From the IMG/VR virus record IMGVR_UViG_3300033153_007973, positions 62,001-126,000 of that record: a stretch of DNA of 64,000 nucleotides. One strand, written 5' to 3'. Below, in pieces: positions 61,401-64,000 of the stretch. Under the pieces are notes generated by a model. It saw nothing but the letters and a program-made list of their open reading frames with translations, was not told the origin of the DNA and did not search any database. Position numbers and translations under genes: made by a program. How positions within the stretch are numbered: the stretch's first letter is position 1; each line of letters starts with the position of its first letter.

Positions 61401-64000
61401 GACAGACCGAAGCTTATATCAGATTCTTAACTATTGATGCAATAGATAGAAGTAATATGCATCCGATCAACAAGACACAGGAAATTACTGTTAGTGACAG
61501 AAAGGGAACAATATTAACTAAACATAATATAGCATTTACTTCTGATAATCCTAATACAATGGATATAAAGTCTGGGAAACCAAAGGCTGAAATTGATACT
61601 AATACATTTATAGTAATGCCGCCAATCATTAATAAGAAGTACGCACAAATACTTATTAGCGAATATCATCGATATTCTGCAACTACTGAAGTTGCATATA
61701 GATTAGCATACAAAAGATTAGGTTCGGATGCTGATGCAACCAAAATTATATCAGAAGTGCAGAAGATTAAAAGTGCGCTATTACCATCGAATACACTATA
61801 TAGAGTACACAATACATTCTGTAAAAGAATGTCAGAGAAAGGTATTGGTTTTATTAATTATAGGAATGCTGTAGAAGAAATGCTATATGACAGTAGCATA
61901 ATAACCCCCAGTGCTGTTACATATACACCAAATCCTAATTCCACAAATGGAATGCTTGTTAGACTTGACCATGCAGCAGCAAACAATCTTCTAGATAAAA
62001 TAGTAGGATACGAAGGTCAAGATATCACATATTATGAGAAGATACTAAATGGCGGTACTCCGATTTTACGAGATGATATAGAATCATCCGAGGTCACTAG
62101 AGATATAAAAGTTATGTCAGGTGGTGGTTCCAATCCTGCACAAAGAGGATTGACAGTTGATAGTCTATCGCTCTCCAGACCATTCATTAAATATTATACT
62201 TCTCTTCTCGCAGAGTATGTCGATCCAGATAAGTATCTTGATATACTCGAGAGAGTTCCAAGTTACTTATATCACAAACCATATGAACAACACGTAGAAT
62301 TCCCATTACTACAGCCATATATCAAATCAGGCGAAGAAGGAAGAAGGAACAACATCAAAATCTTCTTCCGTAGTCTCAGATCGAGCACATTTGCAGCAAC
62401 TCAAGAAGATAAACTTAGCCGTGCTGCTTTTAGAACTATTAATGATATCGTCTTAAATGGAATACGAGAGATAATCTCAGGTTTCATGCCAGGAACCAGT
62501 GCAGAATATAGGCAATTTATTAATAGCGTTGCAAATGATCCAGAGACATCCAAATTATATAATCCAACAAATTGTGCAGACTGTTACTGTCCACACAATG
62601 CGGATATCAAAGCATACATAGATAGGCAATTAAGTGCTAAAATCAATAAGATGGCGGAAGATCTTGGAAATACTATTCCAACAGATAGTTCGATAACAGC
62701 ATCATCAACTGGCGCAGCCGATGGAATAGCAGCAAAAGAACTAATAATAAGTATAGTAAAGCAACTGAAGAAATATCCTGAACTCGTGACTGTGCATCAA
62801 CCACCAACAGAAGCTTCATATAATAGAATCGTTCGTGCTGTGCATAAACAAGGAACGATTAATCCAAATGACGGAGCAGTTGACCAAAGAAATCCAAGCC
62901 GCAGCCCTAGATTTCAGAGCTATTTGTACATAGGTACATATATAGCTGGTCTTCTTTACCTTCTCATGTGGAGAATGAAAAGATTTGCAGAACAGGATAG
63001 AGATAAGAATATAGTAAATGATGATGTTAGACGAAAAATAAGCATCACAATGAAATTAATAGATACTATTTTGAACAATTCAAGTTCAACTCAAGATAGG
63101 TTGACGCAGGAAATTCGTGGGATATTCAGTGGTATTGTAACAGATTATAAGAAAGATCAGAGTGCAAAAGAGAAGAGCAAATTCCAAAACTTAAATGTTG
63201 ATATAGAAACAACACAAGCAGAAAACAGTGTGTTAGAACTATCAAATCTATTTAATCATTATGGAAGAGCAATTGTAAAGTTAAAGACCATGCCAACATT
63301 CATAATTAAACGCAATGTTGATGGTAATATTATAAATCAAAGACAAGTACTAACTGATAGAGCAATATTAGATAGTGTACCAGAAGGCGATGTCTATCAC
63401 ACTATTATTACAAGTGATATTTTTGAAACACCAAATTTCAGGATATCAAGTGAAGTATCTATTTTGAAGGATGCACTGCTAAGTAGTGTTCTCACCTTAT
63501 TTGATAGTTTCATACCGGATCTCTTCTTTTGGAAAGAAATTAATATCGAGAATTCCAAAGACAGAGAGACTAATGTGACTACGATTACGAACTTCAAAAT
63601 AGCACAAGAGAATAATATTGTACCAGTATATATGGAGGGACATGAATATCCATTCCCACAGTGTCTTGGAGGAAGTTCGACCCAACTAACTATTGACTTC
63701 ATCACAGATGATATGTTCTTGGTAGAAAACATTGCAGAAGCAGCAACTGAACTCAATATCATGATGAAGAAATATAACCTGATCAAGAATGTCAATCCAC
63801 TTCGAAGACCAGCTGGTACTGAAGAATCCAGTTCCAGACATAAACAACTTAATAATCTACTTACTAGAGATCGACACAGAAGACACCTCGTAAATAAGCT
63901 CAATACTGCTATCAATGGTAAAGAACCTCAAATTAGCAAGAGCGGTCTTGATACTCCAATGCTTATCCAGAACAATATCGCAAATATGGTAGGTCTATAT
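58484..64000 (+). CDS. Cas4/AddB-like Fe-S PD-(D/E)xK nuclease fused to giant baseplate-like protein (partial, at least 1839 aa)
   Basis: manual translation: SYSS....LCKYQF, IGNVTH, EKRF, GSIDL, DLKSG, QVMVY, WCTRCPAYQHC; frame spot-checked as open to window end, which explains its absence from the ORF track. Confidence 0.8.
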   Translation, partial: MAISAISYSSFSVHELCKYQFWYQYYAQLAGDTGSKATAIGNVTHTEAEDMLQELTNVLPDNTEIGFTEIQRQEVVQRYQAIVSSGLKSLQSRYDITPADIQRALDGLDRLSKRTYLVGVPNDQGVYDKIRWQVIDKEKRFDKTISSPDGEYKLTGSIDLILKRLLDAGGNPIASHVHQFMDLKSGKKQFGPISWKSEQVMVYDIALGDLYKVDGIAPTLRYDFFLLPDDPNPHYTTVVPVGNEVRPADYLARRDKVNSRLSAAYKFLTDGIPNDSNDPTVIITEPNDWCTRCPAYQHCPNKENANLRKAPAGGLRGGPYPELRTLTEKTGAFAKSELSDETLTEIIEQIINHGGTVREAIGHMKSDERELWTTKYTKFMQDHLSNKTNDIIADNKRIKETILQIGAVHITAPITNISLTDRKEVVTADTLRTKESLTLRKQTSNREANLTIIFSGKDQINYELRHILAQYQAFPFTQIRNKEITRMLIPLQSHLPTYFAVDQTLLRKVLTDNNIKDFSTQKGEAHRKDLKAARDEVYSKVKFMYAIRSISIAPVPSLVDTIELNLRIQVMDLDPVSETGRIRFLYDTQSALEQLGWFTHFCRLNEYRKNDTNGSKTIVDTIIPKEKAITISFKNATNHRKIDLGKYSVLAMPLYIGREDNTYFVNPGDDEFIDKDAYILLVRTPNRDTTTTTYTYLAFLYTRGLLLPIRESDTYLDKGKIKLPDERLVGPIDSLKTADLSYVFCTDLSVYTESAYSRRELTEAFKLSWNKLTAANFNIAQINARNGVLSPSTSDPRRAPAWLNASKRWKNFNTNGDIWPIINPTNVIDPFLTMIEIRNQSSNIVSGISAEINDLPWVSEHRNMQSRGVFGEWMYTSPVMPARVSSENSTGTKDATVTITGVDKSTIPLLVIQRIFRKLFLNSEVLFTTNLGALIKRNLPKTSADPKPFIKDLQKSFEARFQNAYDNGFYASGQTEAYIRFLTIDAIDRSNMHPINKTQEITVSDRKGTILTKHNIAFTSDNPNTMDIKSGKPKAEIDTNTFIVMPPIINKKYAQILISEYHRYSATTEVAYRLAYKRLGSDADATKIISEVQKIKSALLPSNTLYRVHNTFCKRMSEKGIGFINYRNAVEEMLYDSSIITPSAVTYTPNPNSTNGMLVRLDHAAANNLLDKIVGYEGQDITYYEKILNGGTPILRDDIESSEVTRDIKVMSGGGSNPAQRGLTVDSLSLSRPFIKYYTSLLAEYVDPDKYLDILERVPSYLYHKPYEQHVEFPLLQPYIKSGEEGRRNNIKIFFRSLRSSTFAATQEDKLSRAAFRTINDIVLNGIREIISGFMPGTSAEYRQFINSVANDPETSKLYNPTNCADCYCPHNADIKAYIDRQLSAKINKMAEDLGNTIPTDSSITASSTGAADGIAAKELIISIVKQLKKYPELVTVHQPPTEASYNRIVRAVHKQGTINPNDGAVDQRNPSRSPRFQSYLYIGTYIAGLLYLLMWRMKRFAEQDRDKNIVNDDVRRKISITMKLIDTILNNSSSTQDRLTQEIRGIFSGIVTDYKKDQSAKEKSKFQNLNVDIETTQAENSVLELSNLFNHYGRAIVKLKTMPTFIIKRNVDGNIINQRQVLTDRAILDSVPEGDVYHTIITSDIFETPNFRISSEVSILKDALLSSVLTLFDSFIPDLFFWKEINIENSKDRETNVTTITNFKIAQENNIVPVYMEGHEYPFPQCLGGSSTQLTIDFITDDMFLVENIAEAATELNIMMKKYNLIKNVNPLRRPAGTEESSSRHKQLNNLLTRDRHRRHLVNKLNTAINGKEPQISKSGLDTPMLIQNNIANMVGLY

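Noticed and set aside
12345-63915. Minus-strand and alternate-frame ORFs within the structural genes
   Set aside because: Shadow ORFs of long + strand genes with no motifs or RBS.
1-64000. Stop-codon reassignment
   Set aside because: Genes tile densely in code 11 with TAA, TAG and TGA all used as stops; no suppressor tRNA found.

Overview
A 64-kb segment of a large myovirus-type (jumbo-like) phage genome, standard genetic code, almost all on the + strand. 1-2.3 kb: coupled small ORFs sharing a C-terminal peptide. 2.3-8.8 kb: tRNA island with 20 near-canonical tRNAs (none encoding a full CCA end), five atypical tRNA-like RNAs, other structured RNAs, palindrome arrays, micro-ORFs and an ORF with a FliM-like CheY-binding peptide. 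9-12 kb: small divergent genes. 12-64 kb: morphogenesis module (probable TerS, internal-virion-like proteins, TerL, portal, prohead protease/scaffold, capsid, neck, sheath, tube and paralogs, chaperones, tape-measure-like protein), with near-consensus sigma70 promoters. Main candidate system: several giant structural-module proteins carry nucleic-acid enzyme domains. These are a 2274-aa putative single-chain two-barrel RNA polymerase (NRxPTL...DFDGD), a Cas4/AddB-like Fe-S nuclease fused to a >1839-aa baseplate-like protein (absent from the ORF track), a tape-measure-like protein with a LAGLIDADG intein and an apparently dead PD-(D/E)xK domain, and a DEDDh exonuclease fusion. All calls come from manual motif reading and hand folding; no searches were run.
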